From positions 868,001 through 932,000 of the forward strand of contig OZ037834.1 in NCBI GenBank assembly GCA_964035575.1: DNA of 64,000 bases, given 5' to 3'. The notes beneath the pieces are model-generated. The model was not told the origin of the DNA. It ran no database searches and saw only the letters and a program-made list of their open reading frames with translations. This DNA is from Rhynchopus sp. YZ270_cl-10 (Eukaryota). The position numbers and the translations under genes are program-made. Shown here in pieces: positions 34,972 to 47,105 of this stretch (the first letter of the stretch is position 1; each line of letters opens with the position of its first letter).

Positions 34972-36274
34972 AGGGCAGGAGACACACACTTTATGGGCTA
35001 TATTCCGAATGCTATAGGATAAGACACATCTGATATCAAACACACAAAGACACACTAATGTCTCCACAGTGCCCCATCATTTCATGTTACCAAACATTTC
35101 AAAGATGTGAATGCAAAGTAATTTTGATGTTTTTTTCAACGTTTCTTTTCTTTGTTTCAACTCGCATATTTTCTGACCACCTTCACCAGTTTCATCTGAC
35201 CACCTTCACATCACCAACACGTCCCGAGGCAGTGTTGGTGGCCATTCCCACAGGCAAATCTACGTGATGCGCCATTGCGGCTGTGTTTGGTTTACCTCAA
35301 GCCTGCATTTCCGTATTATGGTCATGGCCCTGTGACTCCTACTCATGTTAGATGCTTTCTGTCATGATTGTTTTGCTGAATTTTTCAAGATGTGTGTGCG
35401 TACGAAAGAGGCACATTCATCTCACGCATTTTCTTTTGTCACAAGAAGGCTTTGTTACAAATTGTATTTCAAGCCAACTTTAATTTTTGTTGTTTTTTGC
35501 TGTTCTCTCTTTTTGTGTATCCTGTGTTCACAAAAAGAGAACGCATTTTATTGCTTTATTTCCGCTACTCTAAACCAACCTTTGATCAAAAAAGGTTTTC
35601 CACAAGCTGGCCTCCAAATGTTTTCGAAGAAACATGCTATATTTTTTTTTTTCGAGGAGGGACAAAAAAAAAAGATGATTCCATTTCCTTCTGTCTTTTA
35701 CCCCTCTCTCTCTCTCTCCTAACAGACACAGCCCAACACTGCTCTACCACCCACTCTCCTTCTTCTTCTCCACAACGGTGAGTAAAGGAGCCGAAGAAAC
35801 GTACTCCTACTCCTCCCCTCTCTTCACAGTGAAATACAATACAAACAGAGGAAGCAAAAAATATAAAAAAATAATAAAATAAAAGCTACTTTCTAGGGTT
35901 GAGGATGGCCTCCGTCCATACCGATTAAGTACAAAGCCTTAGGGCGACATTGTGTACAGATCCTACCTCGGTAGGTGATTGTCGATACAACAAAAAAAAA
36001 CAGCCTGGCCAAACCGTATCTCACCCCGGGGGCCTAATTACCCCCTGGGCATCCAATGATCCCCGTTCGTTACCTGACGAGTGGAGGCGGGAGTAGGACA
36101 GTAGTAGCGGTGTCCACGAAACGAGAGATCGGCGAGAGGAAAGGCTGCGTGGAGTTCACACGAGAAAAGCGAGGTGTCTTCACGTCATCAATTTTATCAA
36201 TTTTTCAAACAAAAAAACAAAACAAAACAAACAAACTTTCAAACCCAGGGAAATAAATAACAAACCGCTGCACA

Positions 36275-38400
36275 ATGGGGTTCGGTGAGTCAATGCTAAA
36301 CCAAATCGGTTTTGGTGGCGAAGAACGCGACGACGGCGCGACGTACACAAGCTTTGGCGAACGCATGAGCCAGGCCCTTTGTGGGGTCTGCTTCGGCGTG
36401 GTGCTCTTCATAGGCTCGCTTGTCTTGCTTGGCTGGAACGAAAAGCGTGCCGTGTACACCGCTGAAACGATCGACTACGCGCGAGACAAATACATCCAAC
36501 TGGACGGCTGCACACCTCTCACGCAATACAACGATGAGCTGGTTGCTATCACTGGATGCGAGCCCTCTCCTGAGTCCACCTACTCTGTTAGCGATGCCGA
36601 CTATTTGTCTGGCATCGTTGGGTCAGGAGGTGTCAAAAACACGTTGTCACGCTCGACGTTTCCTGTCTTCTCTTGGTCACGTAAAGTGCAGGAATACGTT
36701 CGAAAAGAAACCTCCACAACAAGCAAGAATAAGAACAGCAACGGCGGCACCGTGACCACCTACTCATACTCGAACAGCTGGGTGTACTCTTCCGAGACGT
36801 ATTCGAAGCCGGGGAATCCGAGCCCGAAGTCAATTCCTTCCTCATTCAGGGATACGTCTGGGTCGGCACCCGCAGTGTGCATCGCAGGGAACTACAGTGC
36901 AACGGGGTGCAGTGCAGGGACCACCGATTCCTTCGTTTTGAACGCAGCGAACAGCTTCCAGCAGGGGATGATTAAGGACTGTGGGGAGTCAGAACCGTTG
37001 ACGGTGGACAGCGCAGTGCAGGTGGATGTGGCGACAGTCGGCGGGTCGGACGCAACGAAGTGTGGGAACTACCTGCAGACGCGGATCGGGTCGTGCAGCT
37101 CGGCGTACGCAGCGGACAGCAATGAGTACGGCGACTTCCGCTGGTGGTGGTCGCTGAAGGTCTTCAAGGACAGCACGAAGGTGTCTGTCCTCGCAAAGCA
37201 GGTCGTCGTCAACGGCGTGACCACCTTCGAAGAGTGGCAGAACCCCGACAGGGTATGTGTTGTTTCGATAAACGTGTACCAATTTTTCTGTATTTTCTTG
37301 CCTGTTCTGTAGGGGTCTGAGGATGACAGCCCCCGTTCTTGAACGTTTCAAGTGCAGGCGTCCCAGTGGTTGTGGCAGCGTTTTCGCATACCTGCAGAAG
37401 AGCAGAGTGTAGATTATTTCTACAGGGCAGTGTTCAAGAGTGTGGGTCCCCCCATAACCACAGCACACCCCGTTTTTTTTCCGATAGCAATTACCGTGGT
37501 GTCTCTTATTTTCGAGCAATGAATGTTCGTCTAATAATGAACTTTCGTCTGAAAGCTTATTTTCGTTTAAGGTTTTGGTTAATAAAGTAAAATGTCCGTA
37601 CAGTATTATAACTTTCGTTCTCGAATTTGGGTCGTTTTTTTGTTCGAAAATAAGAGACACCACGGTACTTGTTTTTTTTGCTTCCTTCAAGAACCCCATG
37701 CTTTTTTCAATAACACCACAACACACAGAGTGACTGCTCCTACTGCACGATAGGTACGCTTGAGTCAGGCACGCTCACTGGAGAGGACATCCTCGACAAG
37801 CTTGAGGACGCGAACACAGCGCTGACGTGGATTCTCCGCTTCGTGGGGTGGCTGCTCTGCTGGTTCGCCCTGCAGCTTGTGGTCGGACCTATTGCGCTGG
37901 CACCTGAGATTATCCCTTTCATCGGCGACTTCATTGGCGGCGTGGTGGGCAAGATTCTGTGCACAATCACCTGCATCGTGGCGACCTCTGTATCGCTCCT
38001 GGTCATTGCGATTGCGTGGCTTGCGTTCAGGCCTATGATAGGCATTCCGCTGTTGATTCTGTTCTGCTGTGGCTGTGTGGGCGCAGGGTTCCTCCTGCGT
38101 GCAATGAAGAACCAACGCAAGAAGACCGCAGCTGCCAAAGCCGACCACGACGGACCTACCTTCCAACCAGGCCAGCAAGAGATGGCAGGCGGCTACCCCC
38201 CGCAGGCCCACACCCCCACAGGAGGTGACTACGGGGTGGCACCAGGTGGTCCACCCGGCTATGCACCCCCACAGCAAGCGGGCTACCCTGCACCGCCAGG
38301 AGACGGCGGTTATCCCCAAGGTGGGGGCTACCCCATGCAAGGAGGAGGAGGCTACCCACAACAGCAGTACAGCGACCACGGAGGGACTGCAGCGCTGTGA
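36275..38400 (+). CDS. TMEM43: TMEM43-like membrane protein, two exons (36275-37252, 37729-38400)
   Basis: SFGERMSQALCGVCFGVVLFIGSLVLLGWNEKRAV; VSVLAKQ; spliced LEDANTALTWILRFVGWLL; IAIAWLAFRP; Gly/Pro/Tyr-rich tail. Confidence 0.85.
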
Positions 38401-40675
38401 TTCTGGGGGGGGGTGTTTTTTGGGATGGATAACAAAAAAAAAAGGGGGGGTAATTTTTTAGATGAGTGACATTTTTTAGGAGGGTCCCTGGCGCTCCTAA
38501 GATTCCCAGGAAATTCCGGGGATTTTGGAGGTGTTTTAGAACAAAGGAAAAACCAGAGGATTCCATTCGTCACGCAAAGGGTTTATTCTCTTGAGGCAGG
38601 GAGGTTTTTTTTTGTTTGGATTAAAACCAAACATTCTCTTTGGGAACAGAGGGGGTGTTTGGGAAGAAGGAAATAAAAGTGGAGATTATTGCGCAACCTT
38701 GTGGCAACACAAACCTGAGGCAACTACACACAACTCCAACAATTAAATTTTATCAAAAAAAACAAAAGGACCGTTTGTAGTATGGATTTGTAATGTTTGC
38801 GTACCCTCTTGGTTCCTTTTTATCGTAGACAAACAAAAACCCAAACAAATCCTTCTCTCGGCACAAACAACAAAACCGTATCAAAAAAAACAGTGAGATA
38901 CCACGAACAAAAAAAAACCCCCTGATTTACAGCAATCTTTTACTAACCCTCTTTAGTGCAAATTTTTGTTGTTGCTTTTTTCATCCTTCCTGGCTGGCAT
39001 ACGTGTATACGTGGGTCAGCCGGAGGTGTGCCTGCATCAACAACTATTCCTTTGTTTCTGTTTCTCCCGAATCGAAGCAACAATGAATATAAACAATTCT
39101 CCCTTGCGACAAATGTGTATGTGTGTGTTGTGTGTTTTTGTTGTACCGATCCACAGAAGAAAAAAGCTAAATTCCAATACAAAGTTTAATATAACACAAA
39201 AAAAAAAGAAATACCCTGGTTCTGGTTTTCCCCTCAGTGGAGTCAAGGCGCTGCTCCATATTTATTTTTTTTATACCTACAATCGTAGCAATCAACGAAA
39301 AAACCTTTTTTCCTTTTACTTACCTATCAGAGTTACTATTTTTTTTGGACTCAAAGAGGTTTCCTCTTCACGGCCCCAGGTAGTCAGTGGGGGAGCGTAT
39401 TGCAGTAATAAAAATATCAACCACAGAAATATTTATTACACCACTTTGCGCACAAACACCATCTTTTGTACTTTTCTCTTCTTTGATTTGAAAGTATATG
39501 AAACTAATTGTGTGAGTTGTATGTATGCACATGCACATTCCATTCATCTCACAAGTTTTTTTCTTCTTTTCTTTTTTTTTTGAAATTTCCCTATTTTTGA
39601 GCACTAGGTAATTCACTTTGTAAAGTGTTTCAAAGGTGTTTCCACTTCCAACTACCTTTTTTCTTTTTTTTCAAACCCTTCGGTGTGTTTTTTGGCTAGA
39701 GGTGTACCTGCTGTTGTTTACATCCGTACGCCACGCTCTTTCCGAACGTTTTCCAACCTCCTCCTCCTTTTTTAACGAATGTGACCAAGGTGACTGATGT
39801 TGACTTAATGTTCAAAACATTAAGTTGATCTAATCAGACTAAGCACGAGAGGCTTAACATCATCTTAGAAACCTTTCTTTTTTTTGAAGGTAGACCAAAG
39901 CGAGGCTTCGGTTCATTTCACATTTTTTCTCTCTTTTTTCCTTTATAAGGTGGCTTACCGAGGCTTTCTTATGAGCTCTAATTTTTTTTTCTCTCTCGGA
40001 GTTTTCTGTTTTGTCTTCGTCCAAGGAGGACGTTTGGCACTTGCAACTTCCTCTTTTTTTTTCTCTCTCCCTTGAAAAGCGTTTGAAAGATACCTGTTGT
40101 GGTGTGGCTGAAGGGAGGTGCTATTTTCTGCTATTTTGGGGTCGTCGGCCACAGCATGTTGTGCAGAATCAAAAGATAACACGGAAGGAGATAGATAGGC
40201 TGTCTTTGTTGTTGTTAGCAGACAGCCAGGCTCTCTCCCGCAGACAACCCTGTGTGGTTCAATTCTCTTCAGCTCCATGGAGAAACGATGGGGAAGCGTT
40301 TCCGCGCAGGAAATTTATCACGCACATTACTTTTTTTTTTTTTGTGAGCGGAAAAGTGTCACGTCGTTCTCTTCACCCCGTGTGGAGGGAGGTCTGTGTG
40401 ACATTGTCAGCACATCGAACAACTAGTAGAAGGGGTGTTTGCCGTAAGAAGACTATCATACGGTATAGCTGGGCTTGAGGTGAAACCCCAACCAGGCAAG
40501 CCCGACATAAGGCCAGCTATATTAGCACCGTCCATAAGTAGTGTTGCCGTAAGAAAATGCTACCTTGTTTGTTTTTTTCCCCCGGCTGGACAGGGAAGTC
40601 CCTATATTGGGCATGGACCCTACGGCCCGGGAACGGCATGCAATTACCATTCCCCCTTGTGTGTTGACACTTTAC

Positions 40676-40767
40676 CCGTACCGTTAACCGCAATAGGTCT
40701 CCTAGGTCGGCTAAAAGCCTCTGGCCGACAGAACAATGTAGGTAAAGGAAGTCGGCAAACTAGATCC
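40676..40767 (+). pseudogene. Isolated ~90-bp fragment resembling LSU (28S) rRNA
   Basis: CCGTACC...AACCGCA.TAGGTCTCC.AGGT...AGCCTCTGG...AACAATGTAGGTAAAGGAAGTCGGCAAACTAGATCC matches a conserved eukaryotic LSU segment as I recall it. Confidence 0.7.
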
Positions 40768-40950
40768 CATACCTTTCAAAACACACAGGTTTTCATTCAT
40801 TCAGATGCTTTTTTTTTTTGACGAATAAGTTGCACAACCTTCCCCTGTGGCTTTGGAGGCAATACATGACCACCTTCATCATGTATTGTATACTGCAAGG
40901 TGAAGTAAATGACTTGAGTTGAGGATTTTTTTGTGGTTTCACCGTTGAAC

Positions 40951-41053
40951 CACCTGATGTTTACCCCGCGTATAGGCGCGTAAAAACGTGTACTGACGGT
41001 CCGTATGCCTGTACGGACCTATACGGTCCTATACGCGGGGTAAACATCAGGTG
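40951..41053. mobile_element. 103-bp MITE, CA...TG termini, 7-bp TSD (P-element-like signature)
   Basis: TIR CACCTGATGTTTACCCCGCGTATAGG; GTTGAAC at 40944-40950 and 41054-41060. Confidence 0.85.
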
Positions 41054-41439
41054 GTTGAACCATGGTTTAAAAAACCACAAAAAGTACATACCACAGCTTG
41101 AGTAGCATTTACCTTCACCCGCTGTGTGCGAATATGCATCACATATACCGCCAGCCATGCCCTTTGTGAGTTCGCAGCCATCTATTCGTTTTTCCCCCCT
41201 TCTGTCTCAAGTCTGCTCCAATTCTTTATTCAGATGTGTGTCACCCCTTTCCCCCATATCTTCCCTCTTTTCTCATGCCCCAGTTTTCGTCGTGCTACAC
41301 ATTTCGTCGATTACTCAAATATCCCCTCAGAATCCCTCAGTTTGTCCCAATAGTCTTAAAAACAAAAGTACCCCCCCTTCAAAATCTTCGCTTGATTTCT
41401 GTTTTGTAGCTAAGTAGCCCAGTCAAATCGGTTCTTTCA

Positions 41440-41552
41440 GATGTAAACCATGAAATGGATTGTAGGGCATGGTTGGGGGGGTCCACCCCGGTACAGCCTG
41501 GTCATTGTACCAAGGTACACTGTTCACGAGAGGGTTTTGTATGTCAAGTCAA
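41440..41552 (+). repeat. ~110-bp dispersed repeat (GATGTAAACCA.GAAATGGA.GTAGG..GCATGGTTGGG...GGTACAGCC.GGTCATTGTACCAAG...)
   Basis: Copies at ~55811-55925 and ~59117-59230; partial copies at ~60055-60125 and ~53790-53850. All are on the + strand. Confidence 0.75.
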
Positions 41553-41591
41553 CCTTCTTTTTGTATCCAGAAAACAGAGAGACACAACGTC

Positions 41592-42638
41592 ATGGAAATA
41601 TGTGTGGAGAGCTTGGACGGAGTGAAGTACACAGTCGAGGTGGGTGTGGATGATACAACTGCGGACATACGGCGGAAGGTGGCGTCTGCAGCAGGGTTGT
41701 GCGAAGACGGCTTTGACATGAGCTTCGGGGGGGAGGTGATGATCGAAGGAGACTACATCACGCAGCTGAGTGCTGGGGACACAGTTGTTCTGAAGACGAA
41801 GTCGCAGAAGCACGACGCCATTGCAGCTCTTCGTGACTTGGGTGAGACAAGGTGGTTGACGGCAGAGAGGTTCCAAGAGCTGGAAAATCTTAAGCTGATT
41901 CATTTGTTTCTGCAGGCAGAAGTTGTTACTGAGATACCCTATAAATTCTTGTCAGGTGGCACGTTCGAGGAACTTGATCTCAGTGGTGCGTCAGCTGTGA
42001 CGAGAACTAACGACAGATTCCTCTACGAGTGCAGGTCAGTGCGCGCTGTAGATTTATCTGGGTGGACAAGTACGTGGCTGATAGGAGCCTCCTTCCTCTT
42101 CAGCTGCAACGCGTTAACCACACTTGACTTGTCTGGGTGGAATAATGTGACGCACATTGGATCCTCCTTCCTCGCACACTGCACCGCATTGACCACACTT
42201 GACTTGTCTGGGTGGAGGCAGGTGACCCATATAGGGGGCTACTTTCTGGACAACTGCAGCGCATTGCAAACTGTTGATTTGTCAGGCTGGCACAACGTGA
42301 TGCACATTGGGTGCCATTTCGTCTCGAGCTGCAGTGAATTGCGAACGCTTGCCCTGCCTGGGTGGAAGAATGTGGTACAGATCAACAGCCACTTCGTCTA
42401 CAACTGTGGCGCGTTGACTGCACTCGACTTTTCTGGGTGGACGAGTGTGATGAAGATTGAGACAGGCTTCCTCAACGGGAGCACAACACACAACTGCAAC
42501 ATCAACGTCACCGGATCGAGCAGTCTTGTGTCAGCACATGTGAAGCATAGCCCCATAGGCGATGTCAAGCCCGCCCTTACATCCCGTACATCTCGGTATA
42601 AGGATGGCGATACCAAGTGCCAATGCGTGTGCATGTGA
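41592..42638 (+). CDS. Ubiquitin-like domain + BspA-like leucine-rich repeats + C-terminal CaaX
   Basis: MEICVESLDGVKYTVEVGVDDTTADIRRKV (Ubl); 25-aa repeats C.ALTTLDLSGW..VTHIG..FL; ends KCQCVCM*. Confidence 0.8.
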   Translation: MEICVESLDGVKYTVEVGVDDTTADIRRKVASAAGLCEDGFDMSFGGEVMIEGDYITQLSAGDTVVLKTKSQKHDAIAALRDLGETRWLTAERFQELENLKLIHLFLQAEVVTEIPYKFLSGGTFEELDLSGASAVTRTNDRFLYECRSVRAVDLSGWTSTWLIGASFLFSCNALTTLDLSGWNNVTHIGSSFLAHCTALTTLDLSGWRQVTHIGGYFLDNCSALQTVDLSGWHNVMHIGCHFVSSCSELRTLALPGWKNVVQINSHFVYNCGALTALDFSGWTSVMKIETGFLNGSTTHNCNINVTGSSSLVSAHVKHSPIGDVKPALTSRTSRYKDGDTKCQCVCM

Positions 42639-43025
42639 GGCACGTGCATCTTTCGACAGGCTAGGTGCTCATGAGTAATGTGATATTTCACTGTTCAAAC
42701 GCTGAAAATGAGTACATTGTCGTTTGTATGCATTTCTATTTTCTTCTGTACATGTTTTCTCCCATTTGCCTTTTTACGTTTTACATTTAAGCATGCAGAC
42801 ATCTAATAACGGTCGCTTTTTTCTTTGGGCTGATCTGCGGCCTTAACCGCAATAAACATCGACTGTAATACGCAATATGTACGCTGTCGGAACAGGAAAA
42901 AAAACACACACAACACAAAAAAAGTTCACTTAGATTCTTACCAGCCAACAAAGCCCCCCCATTTTCAAACCCACCCCCATCCACAGACGTTGTCACCCCC
43001 CCTCACCTCTCTCTCCCCCCCACCC

Positions 43026-43841
43026 ATGGGTGACATCTCCTCTACCTGCCGTGCACGAGAAGACGATCTATCCGAAGAGCTCCGCGGGGAACTCGACGCG
43101 CTTGTCCGCCAGAACTCAGAGCTTCTTGCCCAGCGCGACTCTTTGCTTGGCGAAATCGAGGAGGAGACCTCTACACGTGCCTCCACACATCAGTGTATGT
43201 CCCCTCTGTCGTTACCTCCCCCGGGTACACCACCGCCGGCATGGGTTGCTGAGGGGGGGTTGAGCATGCCCCAAGCATTGCACAGCCTCGAAACGCTGGT
43301 GGTCCGGGAACGCCAGCTCCGCCGTGCCGCGGAACGCACTGCATCGGAGACCGCTGCAGACCTCGCAGCATTGAGAGAAGAAACAGCTGTGCTCAGACGA
43401 CGCCTCGCGACACCAACGGGATATGACAAAGGGGTGGGGACGAACACACAGACGGCGGAGGTGGCGTGCAGTACTGTGGATTTGAAGCTGGGTGTTACGT
43501 CGAAGGACATTCAGGTGGAGGGGGCGGGGCAGAGTCGGGTGACACTGGAGAGAAGAGCTTTGGCGCGGTTGAATGCACTGCGAGGGGGGGGAGGAGGAGG
43601 TGGTGGTGACATGCTTACACTCGGGGTGAACGACGGTGCAGGAATTCGAGGAGCCTGTGTAGATGTGCGTGGAGGTGGAGGTGGAGGTAGCGGGTCGCCG
43701 CCAACAGGCCTGCAGAGGTCGTTCAGTGCAGGCCCGCCGGTGGCCTATGAGGAAAGCGTGCGGTATCAGAATGTGGGTGGTGGTGGTGGAGGAGGTGGTG
43801 CGACGTTTGCCCCACGTTGTGCAGTGGGGATGGTAGTGTGA
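43026..43841 (+). CDS. Hypothetical coiled-coil protein with Gly-rich C-terminus
   Basis: GC-rich ORF with heptad-like segments (ELRGELDALVRQNSELLAQRDSLL). Confidence 0.6.
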   Translation: MGDISSTCRAREDDLSEELRGELDALVRQNSELLAQRDSLLGEIEEETSTRASTHQCMSPLSLPPPGTPPPAWVAEGGLSMPQALHSLETLVVRERQLRRAAERTASETAADLAALREETAVLRRRLATPTGYDKGVGTNTQTAEVACSTVDLKLGVTSKDIQVEGAGQSRVTLERRALARLNALRGGGGGGGGDMLTLGVNDGAGIRGACVDVRGGGGGGSGSPPTGLQRSFSAGPPVAYEESVRYQNVGGGGGGGGATFAPRCAVGMVV

Positions 43842-45347
43842 AAAGAAAAGGGCCGGCATTGAGTATAGATCGTTAGGTAGGTGTAAGTGATTGTTGAGGC
43901 AAAAAAGAGGCTTTCCGCTTTTATTGTGTTGTTGTAAAAACAAAAAAAAAAAAAAACGTATAGTGGGGTTCATCCTCCGGGTGTCTACACTAATACAACC
44001 AAGTTTTCAAAAAAAACACAAAAAAACAGTCAAATGGAGCTTAGGTGTCTCCTGACTAATTACATTTGTGACAATCCTCCAAGTTTTTCAAAATAAAACA
44101 AATTCCCCAAATTTAGTTTCCCAGTGTTCGGTCTCTATCTGGGTAGTTGGTAATTGGTCACCCAGGACACCAAGGTGTTGTGTCTGGTTGGTGGTATACA
44201 TGAAGAGCGTGTTCCCCATTGGGCCGCCTTCCTTTCTCCTCCCCCCCTCCCCCCTTTTTTGAATCATTCCCCCACACGGGGAAAGATCTATAGCCCTACG
44301 ATGGCTTTCCTAAGGATGGCTGTGGTCAACGGAGCAACATGACGTAGCTTTGGACACATCAGTAGCAAAAATGTTTTGTTCAAAGGTGACTAAGCATGGG
44401 CTCATTGTCACCTGGTAAAAATTTTCTTTTGGACTGCATGGTCGGGGGTCCACCTGGGTACACTGCCACGAGAAGGTCAATGTATTCCTCGTCAAATTTT
44501 GTTCAATTTTTTTTTCAACACCTGACCAGAGAGGTGCCATGCGTCCCGAGAGGTGGTCCACTGTAGAACCCTCTTCCAAAAAAGAATTATGAGGGGAATG
44601 CAGGCCAACCCCGTTGGCGACACGTCATACACACACACTCCCCCACCCCAAAAAAAAAGGACAGTGGAGATTGCACAAACTGTGGCGCAACACTACCGAG
44701 GCAACTACACCTACTCCAACAATTTATCAAAAAAAAAAAATGTATTTTGTGCACTAAAACAAAAATACCAAAAAAAAAAACAAAGGCAACGCGATACCAA
44801 ACGGGGCACGTTGGTTTTTAACACCTCCCCTCTCAATCCCCATTGAGTTACTCGAAATAGTCTTTCCATTCATTTACCAATTTTTTTTCTCTTTTTTTCT
44901 TCTTTCTTTCCTTGCCTTTCACAAAACACACTCTTCTTTTGTATTCGAAAGATGTGCACTCCATCTTTCAAAAAAAAGGCTTTTTTTTTTTGTTCGTTTT
45001 CGGTTTTGACAACAACGTCCCCTTTTACACAATTTTCTTCTTTTCAAATTCTACCAAAAAAAAAAAAAAAATAGCTAAGCCTTCGGGGATAACCTTCCAG
45101 GTGACAAAAAGGAACCCAAGCAAGATCCTACTCGGTGATTGTGTGGACAAAAACGCAAAAAAAAAAAAGGCCCCTCCTTGTAACTTCCTTGTAGAACTTC
45201 TAAACATTTCCCCTTCTCCACCCTTGTGTTGCAACCTTCTAAAATGAGGAAAAGCACGGTGGGTCATTCGGAGCTGCATTAATAACTTCACTTTCATTGA
45301 AAAACCCCGTTTAGTACACTTTACACATCCCCCTCTGAGCCTCTCCC

Positions 45348-47105
45348 ATGGGATGGAAAGAAAGCTGCGCAGAGGAGGAAGAGTTCCATCGCTGCAAAGG
45401 CGTGCTTGAGGATGCATTGGAGAAGCTATTAGGTGCTCTCGAGGGTGGCGACAAGGATGGCGCGCTCCACTGGGAGGCTGCCGTCGCAGCCGCCGAGCAC
45501 GACGTCGACGAGCACCGCTCTCGCGACGCACTGAGCCCCGTCTCCCTCGGCACCTCCGCCGCCACGACCCACGCCACCTACGTCCTGGGACACCTCGACC
45601 CGACCATCCCCCTCACCAAAACCGTCACGACAGCGCTGCAGTACCGTTGTTCGCTTATCTCCAAGCATATGCGGCTGATGTCAAAGCTCATCCTGTCGAC
45701 AGACTTTCTGTTCATCCTTGTACATTATGCCGAGGGGACTACAGAGGGTGGGGGGCCAGTTGAAACATTACTACAAGATATTGCAACGACAGTGCGGCTG
45801 ACGAAGACAATGGTAGTACATAAAGGGCGGATTACCGAAGAGATGAGAGGATTGTTGACAGCGCCGTTTTCGTTTTTGAGGGTCGAGGAGACGGAGGAGA
45901 AGGCGACGGCAGCGCTGTTGAATGAGCTCGAAGGGGTGTACGCGAAGATCGACCCTCATGCAGACAGACTGGTCGCAAAAAGCATTCGCGAAGAAAACTG
46001 CGTTCCTCAAGCAGAATGCGGGAAATTGGTCATCCTTCGAGCCAGCATCGTACATCTCTCAGAACTGCTTGAAGGTCCTTTTCCTGAAGAATGTTCTGAA
46101 CTTCTTAACCAAATCCTCCAAACCGGTGAAAAGCATATGGGCAAAGGACGATGCGGCGGGGTAGAAGGGATGTCCGTCGTTTTTGTTTATTCAGTAAAAG
46201 ACATAGCGGGGGCATTGCAATGTGCGGAGAGGATAATCGAATGCGGCAGGGTCGTGCGAGAACGGAGTCGCGTTGATGAGGTTGGGTCCTGTTTTTTCCC
46301 AAACTGTGCCCTACACATAGATGATGTGCTAACCTGCGGGGTCGGTGGGGACACCGCCAAGGTGTACAGCACCGTTGGCCATGGGGTTGGGTTTTGTGAG
46401 TCTCTCCTTCTCTTGAGCACTTCTGGTCGCATTCCGTCGCCCATTCTCGCATCCTCCAGTGTAAAGAACCGGGTAGACTCCGAGCTAGGTCTCTCCCTTC
46501 AGTACACCTTTTCCGAAGTTGCGAATGCAAAGCGAATCAACAATGCACACCATGCGATCTTCACCGTCTCCTCCCCAGGGTCTCCCACAGAAGACAATAC
46601 CACCGCTATCACTACCCAACGGCACGCCTATTTTGAACGCCGCAGGGCGCTTGCTGATGAATGTATTGACATCTCCAAGCCGAACACTACCCTCATGGGG
46701 GGTCACCACATCGGGCCAAACGCGACAGTTGAGGACCCCATAGCGGGTGTCATGCCTCAGTCTGCAGGGAGCCTCTCACTGCACCGCATCGAGATGGAGG
46801 GGGAGGATGAGGACATCAGACTGAACCCTACCCACACAACGTTGCATAGCGGGAAGGGTGGGCCTCAGGGGAGAATGGGTGGGGTGTCTGAGGGTGGTGG
46901 TGGTGGTGATGCAGGGAGTCTCACCCGAGGCCGTCTCGTGGCGCACCTTCGTGAAGGCTCTGTGCAGGGCGCGCTGTCGGCGGAGCTTTCGTTGCCCCTG
47001 GAAGGGACGTTGATGGAGGGGATAGGGATTAGGGCAGGTGATAGCGCGGAGGTGACGGCAGAGCAGCTGGCGGTGGTCATGCAGAGGGTGCGGCATCAGC
47101 AGTGA
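45348..47105 (+). CDS. Protein with a degenerate class III nucleotide-cyclase-like domain and possible degenerate EF-hand-like C-terminus
   Basis: Motif spacing LVILRASIVHLSEL / ELLNQ / VEGMSVVFVY / ALQCA / CALHIDDVLTCGVGG / YSTVGHGVGFCESL / PILASSSV follows the adenylate/guanylate cyclase fold. Confidence 0.6.
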   Translation: MGWKESCAEEEEFHRCKGVLEDALEKLLGALEGGDKDGALHWEAAVAAAEHDVDEHRSRDALSPVSLGTSAATTHATYVLGHLDPTIPLTKTVTTALQYRCSLISKHMRLMSKLILSTDFLFILVHYAEGTTEGGGPVETLLQDIATTVRLTKTMVVHKGRITEEMRGLLTAPFSFLRVEETEEKATAALLNELEGVYAKIDPHADRLVAKSIREENCVPQAECGKLVILRASIVHLSELLEGPFPEECSELLNQILQTGEKHMGKGRCGGVEGMSVVFVYSVKDIAGALQCAERIIECGRVVRERSRVDEVGSCFFPNCALHIDDVLTCGVGGDTAKVYSTVGHGVGFCESLLLLSTSGRIPSPILASSSVKNRVDSELGLSLQYTFSEVANAKRINNAHHAIFTVSSPGSPTEDNTTAITTQRHAYFERRRALADECIDISKPNTTLMGGHHIGPNATVEDPIAGVMPQSAGSLSLHRIEMEGEDEDIRLNPTHTTLHSGKGGPQGRMGGVSEGGGGGDAGSLTRGRLVAHLREGSVQGALSAELSLPLEGTLMEGIGIRAGDSAEVTAEQLAVVMQRVRHQQ

